DNA from: an archaeon
GTDB lineage: Archaea; SpSt-1190; DYHY01
Direction: 5' to 3'
DNA: 24,500 nucleotides
NCBI GenBank assembly: GCA_043803745.1
Contig: JAZDJS010000028.1
Location: 1-24,500, forward strand
The notes under the pieces are model-generated. The model saw only the letters and a program-made list of their open reading frames with translations, had not been told where the DNA came from and ran no database searches. Position 1 is the first letter of the stretch. Every line of letters starts with the position of its first letter. The position numbers and the translations under genes are program-made. Shown here in pieces: positions 23,854 through 24,500 of the stretch.

Positions 23854-24500
23854 GCAAAGCCCTTTTCAACAACCGAGAATTCTGCAGTTTTCCCTTCCGG
23901 CAGGGAGCGGGATTTGTAGATGATCGCCTGCCTTTTCCCTTCCCCGGTCTTCTCAAGAAGGACGATTGTCTTCGGCAGATATTCCATGACCGCGCCCCCC
24001 GCAAGCCCGATTTCCCCGTCTTTCTTCCGGTAGGTGTGCCCTGTGACAAGGACCGGGATGTTTTTCTCGGAGGCGATTTTGTTCAGCTCGGCAATCTGCG
24101 CAGATAACCTGAGGTTAACTTCCCGGGCGGTACGGTCAGTCAGGAGAAGCCGGTAGTTGTGGACAATTGAATCGACTATTATCGCCGAGCATTTTTGCTT
24201 CGATAGAGCAAGGACAACTTTCTCCTGGCTCCTGAAATCGAAGATTCTTTTCAGCAAGATTCTCTTCAAATCGGCTTTCGGGCCTATCTGCAGTATTCGT
24301 TCAGCCGAAAGTCCGCCCTCGCTATCGAGGAAAGCGACCGGTCCGCTTCTCAGGCACGCCAGAGCCAGAAGAATCCCGAAGGTCGTTTTTCCCGAGCCGG
24401 GCGGCCCGCAAACCGAGGTTACAACCCCCCGGTCGAAACCGCCTGAAAGGAGCCCGTCAAGATTTCCAACTCCGATCGGAACCTTTTCCCCGGTTTCCAC
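23850..24500 (-). CDS. radB: DNA repair and recombination protein RadB (start at or beyond the window edge)
   Basis: LDGLLSGG, GPPGSGKT, DSEGGLS, IIVDS, GG, KSRSLPEG at the basic-patch position; short RecA core only. Confidence 0.88.
   Translation of the reverse strand: METGEKVPIGVGNLDGLLSGGFDRGVVTSVCGPPGSGKTTFGILLALACLRSGPVAFLDSEGGLSAERILQIGPKADLKRILLKRIFDFRSQEKVVLALSKQKCSAIIVDSIVHNYRLLLTDRTAREVNLRLSAQIAELNKIASEKNIPVLVTGHTYRKKDGEIGLAGGAVMEYLPKTIVLLEKTGEGKRQAIIYKSRSLPEGKTAEFSVVEKGFA

Overview
This is an archaeal chromosomal segment. Class I LysRS, RadB, Dph2, XPD, TATA-box promoters with mostly leaderless genes and a tRNA gene lacking an encoded CCA support that call; a DPANN-like lineage is inferred, not shown. 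It carries housekeeping genes (lysS, xpd, ndk, dUTPase-like, ychF-like, ybaK, SecB-like, dph2, radB), a tRNA-thiolation/sulfur-relay neighbourhood (ncsA/ttuA, SAMP, sufS, a degenerate thiI), two TA-like pairs, tRNA-Ser(GCT) and several orphan genes. Four things stand out. (1) A ~276-nt SRP RNA on the minus strand appears to lack archaeal helix 6 and looks Bacillus-like. (2) Short duplications recur at the ends of conserved genes (ndk, tRNA-Ser, both ends of SRP RNA), with target-derived hairpin arms, a TTCG...GCTC core and 3-nt insertions just before AGC. (3) Several enzymes have eroded motifs or missing domains (DNA MTase, ThiI, KimA). (4) Three diverged paralogs of an unknown family sit in tandem. 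All calls come from reading motifs by eye; no searches were run.
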